In this document: piece after piece, positions 1 to 7,490 of the stretch
Layout of the letters: each line of letters opens with the position of its first letter
How positions within the stretch are numbered: the stretch's first letter is position 1
NCBI GenBank assembly: GCA_964510585.1
Contig: CAZECW010000100.1
Coordinates: 1-11,538, forward strand
Reading direction: 5' to 3'
From: an uncultured archaeon
Lineage (GTDB): Archaea > Asgardarchaeota > Jordiarchaeia > Jordiarchaeales > Jordiarchaeaceae
Length of the DNA stretch: 11,538 nt
Position numbers and translations under genes: made by a program
Notes under the pieces: generated by a model
Database searches by the model: none
Told to the model about the DNA's origin: nothing
What the model saw: the letters and a program-made list of their open reading frames with translations, nothing else

Positions 1-220
1 TACACGCCCAAAACATGCCGCTCAGCCCATAAAAAAACATAATTATTACATCATGCCTTTACAATAAATGATAATCTTTAAATAAGGGGAGCAAACATAT
101 ACTTCAAAATTAGTTGGTGTACTATCTACGTATTACAAACCTATTTGGGGAGCCTAACACAAAATAATACATTTAAAAGGTTACCCTACCCAATATAAGA
201 GGTTTATAGAAAAAAGAGTC

Positions 221-790
221 TTGGTGGAGGATGTCGCGTTGGTTGGTAGGGAAGATGTGGAGAGAATGAAGAGGACTCTTGACGAGATGCTTGAAAGAAT
301 CAATGATAGTAAGGCAATGGACAACAAGTTTGAGACCATACACCAGAAAATCACAAGACTCGATGAGCGAGTAAGGAACATCGAAACACTCATGGAAACT
401 GCGGTTAGACTGATTCAGGAATTAATATTTATATCCTCAGGCGGAAACTTCGAAGTGAAAGAAGAACATGCTACTGTTAAACAGAGAGAGGAAGAAAAGA
501 AGTTCGGTGAGGAGGACCTCCCCAAAAAAATTAATAGGGTCAAAGTAAGAGAAGAGGGGGAGGTTACCGGTGGCGGTTCTTGGAGTCTTCTTAGTCAGAG
601 GCCTAAGGTCTCACTACACGATTTGGAGCGGGAGCTGGAAAGACTGTTCAGCAGGATGGCAGAACTGGAAATTGCCCGGGAGGAAAAAAGAATCACCAAC
701 AGTGAGTATCAAATGGTTATTGAGGCTTTGAGGGAGAAAAAGGAAAAAATAACCAAAGACTTGGACAGTTTATTCAACATAACCCAGTAG
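221..790 (+). CDS. Hypothetical coiled-coil protein (N-terminal heptad helix, charged linker, C-terminal helical hairpin)
   Basis: 189-codon ORF rich in E/K/R with heptad-like segments and G/A-rich coding composition. The track start is TTG 221. GGTGGAGG (223-230) lies 8 nt before an in-frame TTG at 239, a plausible true start. No family recognised. Confidence 0.8.
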   Translation: MVEDVALVGREDVERMKRTLDEMLERINDSKAMDNKFETIHQKITRLDERVRNIETLMETAVRLIQELIFISSGGNFEVKEEHATVKQREEEKKFGEEDLPKKINRVKVREEGEVTGGGSWSLLSQRPKVSLHDLERELERLFSRMAELEIAREEKRITNSEYQMVIEALREKKEKITKDLDSLFNITQ

Positions 791-815
791 GGTAACAAAA
801 ATAATGGAATTGGTT

Positions 816-1331
816 TCATGTCTTAATGATTTTTTTGTAGTTTTGAGCCAGTTGTGAGTAACTTTCAGCACTGAATTTTATGGCAGCAAGGTGGGCTTCA
901 CTAATTTGTTTTACCACTTTGCCTGGGTTGCCGACAACTAAACTGCCTGAGGGAATTTTGGTGTTTGAGGTGACAACTGCTCCGGCACCAATAATGCAGT
1001 TATCCCCTATCTCGGCACCATCAAGTATGGTTGAATTAATTCCCACTATTACGTAGTTACCAATTTTTGCTCCATGAATCACAGCTCCATGGCCCACTGT
1101 CACGTTGTCCCCTATGATTGCTGGCGTCGTCGCTGCGTGAACTGAACAGCAGTCCTGTACATTGGAATTTTTGCCAATCTTTATGGTTGAGAAGTCGCCT
1201 CTAACAACGGCATAATCAAAAATTGCTCCCATCTCGTCGACTTCTACACCACCAGATACGAAGGCATTCGGACTAACATAGGCTGTGGGGTGAATCTTTG
1301 GAACCTTACCAAGGTATTCCACAATTGGCAA
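816..1331 (-). CDS. Gamma-carbonic anhydrase-like hexapeptide-repeat protein (YrdA/PaaY/CaiE family)
   Basis: Left-handed beta-helix hexapeptide repeats, RGD and NVQD motifs, and three candidate Zn-ligand His (SVHA, VGHG, VIHG). The TTG start is preceded by a strong AAGGAGG SD on the minus strand. Confidence 0.92.
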   Translation of the reverse strand: MPIVEYLGKVPKIHPTAYVSPNAFVSGGVEVDEMGAIFDYAVVRGDFSTIKIGKNSNVQDCCSVHAATTPAIIGDNVTVGHGAVIHGAKIGNYVIVGINSTILDGAEIGDNCIIGAGAVVTSNTKIPSGSLVVGNPGKVVKQISEAHLAAIKFSAESYSQLAQNYKKIIKT

Positions 1332-1635
1332 TAACTTAACCTCCTTAGATAAAAATTAAATACACTATAAGTTGAAACCATTTATTTTTTTACCGCTAAA
1401 TATTATAACTATTTCCAATGGCGGGGATGAGAAATTGTTCTATTTCCCCTCCAAAAGGAGCGTTTATAAGGCTTCTTTTTCGATTTAGAACCAAAAAATG
1501 GCGAATAGAACTAAACATTTCTACACTGCCTAGTGGTTGCCTATTGCATAACATATTTCTACTCGTAAGTTCACTAATTAGCCTAAATATGTTAGACAAT
1601 TTAATTGCTAATTCTAGTATTGCGGAGAATTTTCT

Positions 1636-3174
1636 ATGTTTAAAACATCTTTCGACCTTATATTGGATAGAAAAACTACTAAAGAGGATTTGCCCTACGT
1701 AGCCTCCTTATCTTTTGAGGAGTTGGGAAAGCCCAAAGAAGTGATTGTGGGAAAGCCTATTCAGTGTCAGAGATGTGGCGGTGTTTTAACCGATCCCCAA
1801 AGCATTAAAAAGGATCCCAAAATTGGAACACATTTTGTGTGCGCCTTCTGTGGCACATTAAACTTGGTTGACCCCAAAGATTTACCCAGCCACCTAATGG
1901 ACGATGTAGACTTCATCATTGAAGAAGCTATGGAAGTTAAGACCACTAAACCCGAAGTGAAGGGGGAAAATATTGTAGCAGTGATAGATATTTCAGGCTC
2001 TATGGCTGGAGGAAAACTGGAAGCAGTTAAGAGAAGTTTGACAGAAACCATCAAAGACCTTAAGGTCAACGCTCCACAAACCAAATTCGGATTAATCGCT
2101 TTTGAATCCCAAGTATACCTAATCAACTTTAAAGGTGGAAAAGCCCTATCAGTGTCAGGTGATGACCTACACTCACAGGAAAAAGTGGCAGAAAAGTTCA
2201 GTCGAGCAAAGTATGACTTTTTAGCCGTAGAAAAAACAGCAGACAAATGGATAGAAACAGTGTCCAAACTTGAACCAATGGATATGACCGCCCTGGGACC
2301 TGGACTCCTTGGAGGGTACACTCTCCTCAAAATGAGGGGAGGTGGACGCCTACTCCTACTTACAGATGGCTTGGCAAACACGGGATTCGGAAGCCTTGAG
2401 AGCCCAAGCACCACGGGAAAGAATTTTTACAAGGAGGTTGCGGGAAGCTGCAAGTACAGTAACATAATAGTGGACGTGGTGGGAGTACGTGAGGAAGCAG
2501 CTGAGAGCAGATTGGCATTAAAAACCTTAGGAGACTTGGCTCTGGAAACCGGTGGAGACATCTACTACGTAACCATGCAGGAAATTGAGAGAACATTTGC
2601 CGAAATCCGAGGAAAGGGCTACATAGCCCGAGAAGTGGAGGTAAAGATGCTTACTCCACCAAGCCTAAAAATTGTAGATGTAACCGGAACAGCTTATGAA
2701 ATACCGAAACCAGAGGAGCCCATCCGACTAGGAGGGGTGACAGAGGATAGAGAGATTTACTTCGAAATGCAAACCTCCAAAGAATTGAAGGAGGAAGAGG
2801 TTCCAATCCAAGCACAAATCCAGTATGTAGACCCCCAAGGAAGAAGACACCTGAGAGTAGTTACAAAAAAAGTCAAAAAAACTGGAGACGAGAAGCAGTT
2901 TGCAAAAACTTACAATCCCAAAATTGCGGGAGCAATGAGGGTGCAGCAGGCAGGAAGAGCCGCTTACCAAGGCAAAGCAGAAAAAGTCAAGGAAATACTA
3001 GGAGGGTTCCAGAGACAGATAGCGGCAGCCCCCATGGCACCAGAAGCTGGGAATGTCTCCAATGTTCTACAAAGGGAGCTTAACGAATTAGTGGCAAAAG
3101 CTAAATCTGAGGACGAAGCCGCTGTCAAAAGCGCCAAGAAGATAAGAGTTAGCGGAAAGGAACTCTTCAAATAA
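1636..3174 (+). CDS. Sec23/Sec24-like protein: C4 zinc finger + vWA (trunk) domain + beta-sandwich + short helical tail
   Basis: PIQCQRC...FVCAFCGTLN matches the Sec23/24 zinc finger pattern (PxxCxxC-x21-CxxCxxxN). The vWA domain has DISGS, TALGPGL and LLLLTDG. QAQIQYVDPQGRRHLRVVT resembles the Sec23/24 beta-sandwich strand QFxTxYxxxxGxRRxRVxT. The Sec23/24 assignment comes from motif recognition, not a search. Confidence 0.8.
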   Translation: MFKTSFDLILDRKTTKEDLPYVASLSFEELGKPKEVIVGKPIQCQRCGGVLTDPQSIKKDPKIGTHFVCAFCGTLNLVDPKDLPSHLMDDVDFIIEEAMEVKTTKPEVKGENIVAVIDISGSMAGGKLEAVKRSLTETIKDLKVNAPQTKFGLIAFESQVYLINFKGGKALSVSGDDLHSQEKVAEKFSRAKYDFLAVEKTADKWIETVSKLEPMDMTALGPGLLGGYTLLKMRGGGRLLLLTDGLANTGFGSLESPSTTGKNFYKEVAGSCKYSNIIVDVVGVREEAAESRLALKTLGDLALETGGDIYYVTMQEIERTFAEIRGKGYIAREVEVKMLTPPSLKIVDVTGTAYEIPKPEEPIRLGGVTEDREIYFEMQTSKELKEEEVPIQAQIQYVDPQGRRHLRVVTKKVKKTGDEKQFAKTYNPKIAGAMRVQQAGRAAYQGKAEKVKEILGGFQRQIAAAPMAPEAGNVSNVLQRELNELVAKAKSEDEAAVKSAKKIRVSGKELFK

Positions 3175-3202
3175 CAGAAGCGGGTCGAAGGGCGATACTC
3201 CT

Positions 3203-3219
3203 CTTTTCTTCACTTTTTT
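3203..3219 (+). terminator. Pyrimidine/T-tract terminator after the Sec23/24-like gene
   Basis: CTTTTCTTCACTTTTTT lies about 30 nt after the stop at 3174, in the convergent gap. Confidence 0.4.
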
Positions 3220-3234
3220 GGGTGGAAGGAGTGG

Positions 3235-4050
3235 TTAGTCAGTTTTCTTTTTTCTCTCAAGGAATTCTTTCACCCTTATTTTATTCTCTTCGGTCTTGAG
3301 ACACAAGCTTTGCAGTGTCATTTCATAGTCTAATGCTTGCTCCATGTTTAGGTTCAGAGACTCGTTAACAGCTTTCTTTGCAACACCCAATGCTCTGGCG
3401 GGCATTTGTGCCAACTCCTTCGCAAAGCTCATCACCGTGGATTCTAACTCTTCTGGGGGAACAACCCTGTTTACAAGGCCCAGCTGTTCCGCTTCCTTGG
3501 CATCAATTATTCGGCCCGTGAAAAAGAGTTCCTTTGCCTTGTGAATTCCCACTATTCTTGGGAGTAGGTAGCTTCCTCCTCCGTCTGGACCCAGTCCCAC
3601 CCTGATAAAAACTTCTCCGAAACGAGCATTCTCAGAAGCAATCACAATGTCACAAGCAAGAGCTATGTTGCAGGACGCCCCAGTGGCTGGACCGTTTACC
3701 GCCGCGATGATTGGTTTTTCCATGTTCCATATGGTGGAAACTATGGTTTTCACACCCTTCTGGAGTTTTCTTCGAAGCTCCAGGGGGTCAATTTTGTGGT
3801 ACACGTTCTGCATCTGGTTTATGTCTCCACCCGCACTGAAGGCTCGGCCCGCGCCAGTAATTACTATGACCTTGACACTATCATCCTGGTCCAGCTCTCT
3901 TAGTGCGGAGATAATTTCTAGATTCATGGGCTCATATAAAGCGTTTAATGTTTCGGGACGATTCATAGTTATTTTTGCTATGCCATCCATTTTTTCAACA
4001 ATGATGTGGTTGTAGCTAATTTTCTCCACCACCAAAAAGTATTGACACAA
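3235..4050 (-). CDS. Enoyl-CoA hydratase/isomerase (crotonase) family protein, PaaG-like isomerase subtype
   Basis: Crotonase motifs: ITMNRPETLNAL, TGAGRAFSAGGD, KPIIAAVNGPATG and AKELFFTGRIIDAKEAEQLGLVN. Both canonical Glu are absent and GLGPDGG carries the Asp typical of PaaG. The true start may be GTG at 4032 or 4029. Confidence 0.9.
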   Translation of the reverse strand: MCQYFLVVEKISYNHIIVEKMDGIAKITMNRPETLNALYEPMNLEIISALRELDQDDSVKVIVITGAGRAFSAGGDINQMQNVYHKIDPLELRRKLQKGVKTIVSTIWNMEKPIIAAVNGPATGASCNIALACDIVIASENARFGEVFIRVGLGPDGGGSYLLPRIVGIHKAKELFFTGRIIDAKEAEQLGLVNRVVPPEELESTVMSFAKELAQMPARALGVAKKAVNESLNLNMEQALDYEMTLQSLCLKTEENKIRVKEFLERKKKTD

Positions 4051-4084
4051 TCATTTTGAGAAATAATTGTTAAACATATTAATC

Positions 4085-4100
4085 AAACTATGCATAGTTT
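4085..4100. promoter_or_regulatory. Perfect 16-bp palindrome AAACTATGCATAGTTT, candidate transcription-factor operator
   Basis: Exact inverted repeat read from the sequence, lying in the 157-bp gap between the divergent crotonase and ThDP-enzyme genes. Confidence 0.55.
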
Positions 4101-4207
4101 ACTATTTTCAATATTTTGGAAAAGTTTTAATTGGAAATTTTTTGGCGAAGTTTTTAAAACTATAATATTCTTTATTTTAGTTTATAACGCCTTAAAGAGG
4201 TCTTTTT

Positions 4208-5896
4208 ATGGTTCAATTAAATGTGGGTAAAGCAATGGTTGAAATGTTTAAGAGACACAGTGTGGAACATGTTTTCGGACTGGTAGGGACTGCGGTTAGC
4301 AGACTGGTCTACGAGCTGGGTAAGGATGAAAGCATAGACTACATAGTCACCAGACATGAGCAAACGGCGGCAAGTATGGCTGATGGCTATGCAAGAGTTA
4401 CGGGGAAAGTTGGAGTTTGTCAAACAACCGCTGGGCCTGGAACGTTAAATGCTGTTCTAAGTGTGGCAGACGCCTATAAAGATGGATCTCCCATAATTTT
4501 GATAACTGGACAGGTTAGGTCGGACTTCATTGGTAGGGATGTTTTTGACGAAGTGGATCAAATGGCTATTTTCAAGCCTATAACAAAGTGGCAGCAGCGG
4601 ATAATGAAGATCGAGGATGTGCCTCGTATAATATGTAACGCTTTTTATTTGGCTCGAAGTGGTAGACCCGGCCCAGTATTTTTAGAGGTTCCAGAAAATC
4701 TATGGGACGATGTGGGAGAAGTAAACCTAAACTATCAAATTAAAGCCAGTCAGAGGTATGTGGCTTCAAGCATGATTGAGGAAGCTGTAGATCTTCTCCT
4801 AAAAGCGGATTCTCCCCTAATTCTAGCTGGTGCCGGCGTAATGTGGTCTGAAGCTTGGGAAGAACTCAGGATTCTAGCTGAAACTCTTGAAATACCTGTA
4901 GCAACTACGGGCAATGGGAGGGGAGTCATCCCAGAAGATCATCCACTATCAGTGGGTATGGCTGGAAGCTATGGCGGAAAAGGTGCGGCCGATTATGCAC
5001 TGACCAAGGCAGATTTGGTGCTAGCCATCGGCGCAAGTGTCTCTGTAAGCACCATGTACTTCATGAATAATCCCATTACGGGAGAGCTCGTCCACATAAA
5101 CATAGACCCCACAGTTATAGGAAAAAATTATCCTTGCAGGCTGGGAATAGTGGGAGACGCAAAACTGGTACTGTCAGAGATACTAAAGATAATAAAACAA
5201 AAAAAGTTCACCAAGAAAACCGCCCCATGGATTTCAGAGCTAGAAAATAAAAGGAAAGAATGGATGGAAAAGTGGCACACCCAAACCAAGTCAGATGCAG
5301 TGCCCATAAAGCCCCAGAGACTATTAACAGACATGCGAGAAATAATTCCAAGAGACGCCATAATCACAGTGGGTTCAGGCAACCATCACGCCTTTGCAGC
5401 AGAATATTTTCCAGTCTACCATCCCCGCACTCAGATATCAGCTTTTAACTTCGCCGCAATGGCCTTCGCCTTTCCAGCAGCCCTAGGCGCAAAAGTGGCC
5501 AAACCAGACAAACCAGTAATTTGCATAATAGGCGAAGGAGACTTCATGATGACCATTCAAGACTTAGAAACAGCAGTCAGAGAGGAACTAAACGTGGTTT
5601 CAGTAATCCTCAACAATGGATGTTACGGGACCCCCAAACTATTCCAAAAAGCAGTATACGGCGAAGCCTATGGTTGCGACTATGGCAATCCCAGTCTAGC
5701 CAAAATTGCAGAAGTTTTCGGCGCCCGCGGCTGGACTGTGGAACGCCCAAGCGAAATAAAAGACATAGTTAAAGAAGCCTTAAACTGCGGAAAACCAGCC
5801 CTAATCGACGTACCAATAGACCCAAATGAAATAATTCCCATAAACCTAGAAGCACACCTAGGACTATCCAAACTCCCCCAAAAAAGAATAGTTTAA
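4208..5896 (+). CDS. ThDP-dependent enzyme of the acetolactate synthase/decarboxylase superfamily, probably not biosynthetic AHAS
   Basis: RHEQ catalytic Glu (E51), ADGYARVTG, GPG, TGQV and RSGRPGPV motifs, a middle domain with DLVLAIG and HINIDP, and a ThDP motif as GEGD...NN. The three-domain length of 562 aa is typical. Confidence 0.9.
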   Translation: MVQLNVGKAMVEMFKRHSVEHVFGLVGTAVSRLVYELGKDESIDYIVTRHEQTAASMADGYARVTGKVGVCQTTAGPGTLNAVLSVADAYKDGSPIILITGQVRSDFIGRDVFDEVDQMAIFKPITKWQQRIMKIEDVPRIICNAFYLARSGRPGPVFLEVPENLWDDVGEVNLNYQIKASQRYVASSMIEEAVDLLLKADSPLILAGAGVMWSEAWEELRILAETLEIPVATTGNGRGVIPEDHPLSVGMAGSYGGKGAADYALTKADLVLAIGASVSVSTMYFMNNPITGELVHINIDPTVIGKNYPCRLGIVGDAKLVLSEILKIIKQKKFTKKTAPWISELENKRKEWMEKWHTQTKSDAVPIKPQRLLTDMREIIPRDAIITVGSGNHHAFAAEYFPVYHPRTQISAFNFAAMAFAFPAALGAKVAKPDKPVICIIGEGDFMMTIQDLETAVREELNVVSVILNNGCYGTPKLFQKAVYGEAYGCDYGNPSLAKIAEVFGARGWTVERPSEIKDIVKEALNCGKPALIDVPIDPNEIIPINLEAHLGLSKLPQKRIV

Positions 5897-6193
5897 CACC
5901 ATCCCCCATTTTTAACATTAGAATACCCTCCCACATCCAAGGACTCACAGATATATAAAGAGGACGCAATAAATAGGGCAAGAAAAAAATACCAAAAAAT
6001 GCCTGGGGTGGCCCCGCGTCAGAAAATCAAGCCACACTTCTAGAGGATAGGCATAATTCAGTCCCTCTTTCCCAGACAGACATAGAATTTTCATCACTCT
6101 TAGATTTCTCATTTTTCAGGAGAGGGATATAATTGTTCTATGTTTTCCTTAATTAACCCCTTTTTGCAAGTAAAAGAATAAAGGTATTAGGAT

Positions 6194-7480
6194 TTATTTT
6201 TTCTTAAGCCATTGTGTCTTTTTCTCTCTGGGTTCGCCGAAGGGATTCTCATATTTTTCCATGTTTTCGGCAACTTTGAGGTGGGCGGGGACTCCATAAC
6301 CCTGTTCTACTGCTATTGCTCTTAATCTTTCAAGCATACTCGCTACATCTATTCTTCCGGGACACAACTCAATGCAGGCTTTGCATCCAACGCACATAAA
6401 TAGTCCGTTTCTCACAGCAGCCTCAATGCCTTCGGAAAAAGCGCTACGCACAATACCTATGCCTCCCTTAACTGCCTCTGAGCCGTAGGCAAGTCCACCA
6501 GCCAAAACAGCCGTGCAAGCAAAGAAGCATGCACTACAATTTGTGCAGTATAATAGTTCTTCGAATCCAGCATTTTTAGCTCTGGTTCTCCAATCATCGA
6601 CTAGAACTACGTGGACTTCTTGGGCTCCATGCATACCCAACACGTTTATTCCTTGGAGATCTGCTGTTCTTGATGGTCCCTTTATGAAGGATGTGTAGGT
6701 TCCGGTGATTTCTAGGTATTGCTCCATGCTTTTGATGATTGTGGTTGCGCTTTCCCAGTCAGGTACAATTTTGTCTATGCCTGCAACAGCTATGTGTTTG
6801 TCGGCTAGGCGTGTTATTAGGCTGATGTTTCCCTCATTCTCTATTAATCCTATTATGCCGTCTTCGGCTCCTATGGCGTTTGCTCCTGTGAGACAGATTT
6901 TGCCCTGTAGCATTTTTTCGCGCATGTTAGCACGGGCTGCTTGGCGTATGGGTTCGAAGTCGGGCTTTACTTCGTATCCGACTTCTTTGGTGAAAACTTC
7001 TGCAACCTTGGTGAGTGGGATGTGTACTCCTGGGCCGACTGGGAGGCTTGGTTCTTCGCCGCTGAGCTGTATTATTCGGTCTCCTAGGTCGGTTTCGATT
7101 ACTTTTATTCCTTTTTCTTCTAGGGCTTTTATTATTCCGCACTCCTTAGCGGTGGTGGATTTGGATTTTGTGATTAGGTCGACACCCTCGGTTTCCTTTA
7201 ATACGTATTTTTTGGCGTCTTCTGCGGTTTTGGCGAGGAATACTTGACAGTTGTTTTTCTCAAGGTTTTCTTTGGCGATCTTTACCAGCTGGTCCAGATT
7301 TTTAATGGAGTATTCTTTTATTTGTCTGTACTTTTCGCTGAGCTTTTTTAGTTTGGGCATTTTCTTCATTATCTGCTCATACTTGAAGTTTAGTCCGAAC
7401 TCGAAGAAATCCATGACTGGCTTGTTTTGAACTGCTTTCTTTATCCTTTCTTGAACATATGTGTGGGCTTCTTTTGACAT
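6194..7480 (-). CDS. LUD-domain (LutB/LldF-like) Fe-S oxidoreductase subunit with C-terminal 2x[4Fe-4S]
   Basis: KSKS, ETDLGDRIIQL, TGAN, ENEGN and GPSRTAD..GMHG motifs, plus ferredoxin motifs CTNCSACFFACT and CVGCKACIELCP. SD GAGGTG (7492-7487) lies 6 nt before ATG 7480, favouring that start over GTG 7489. Confidence 0.88.
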   Translation of the reverse strand: MSKEAHTYVQERIKKAVQNKPVMDFFEFGLNFKYEQIMKKMPKLKKLSEKYRQIKEYSIKNLDQLVKIAKENLEKNNCQVFLAKTAEDAKKYVLKETEGVDLITKSKSTTAKECGIIKALEEKGIKVIETDLGDRIIQLSGEEPSLPVGPGVHIPLTKVAEVFTKEVGYEVKPDFEPIRQAARANMREKMLQGKICLTGANAIGAEDGIIGLIENEGNISLITRLADKHIAVAGIDKIVPDWESATTIIKSMEQYLEITGTYTSFIKGPSRTADLQGINVLGMHGAQEVHVVLVDDWRTRAKNAGFEELLYCTNCSACFFACTAVLAGGLAYGSEAVKGGIGIVRSAFSEGIEAAVRNGLFMCVGCKACIELCPGRIDVASMLERLRAIAVEQGYGVPAHLKVAENMEKYENPFGEPREKKTQWLKKK

Positions 7481-7490
7481 TTCTTGCACC

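Noticed and set aside
1-42. Minus-strand frame MFFYGLSGMFWAC running off the left edge
   Set aside because: Too short and truncated to support a CDS start.
1396-1702. ORFs 1418-1702 (+) and 1396-1599 (-) in the divergent promoter region
   Set aside because: No recognisable motifs, AT-rich promoter-like composition, and 1418-1702 overlaps the well-supported Sec23/24-like start in another frame.
4208-5896. Calling the ThDP gene ilvB, and the Fe-S genes lutA/lutB or hdrD
   Set aside because: Family membership is clear, but signature substitutions and missing partner subunits make orthology unsupported, so symbols were withheld.
5945-6112. 55-codon minus-strand ORF MRNLRVMKILCLSGKEG... in the convergent gap
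   Set aside because: No SD, no motif, short, and expected by chance.
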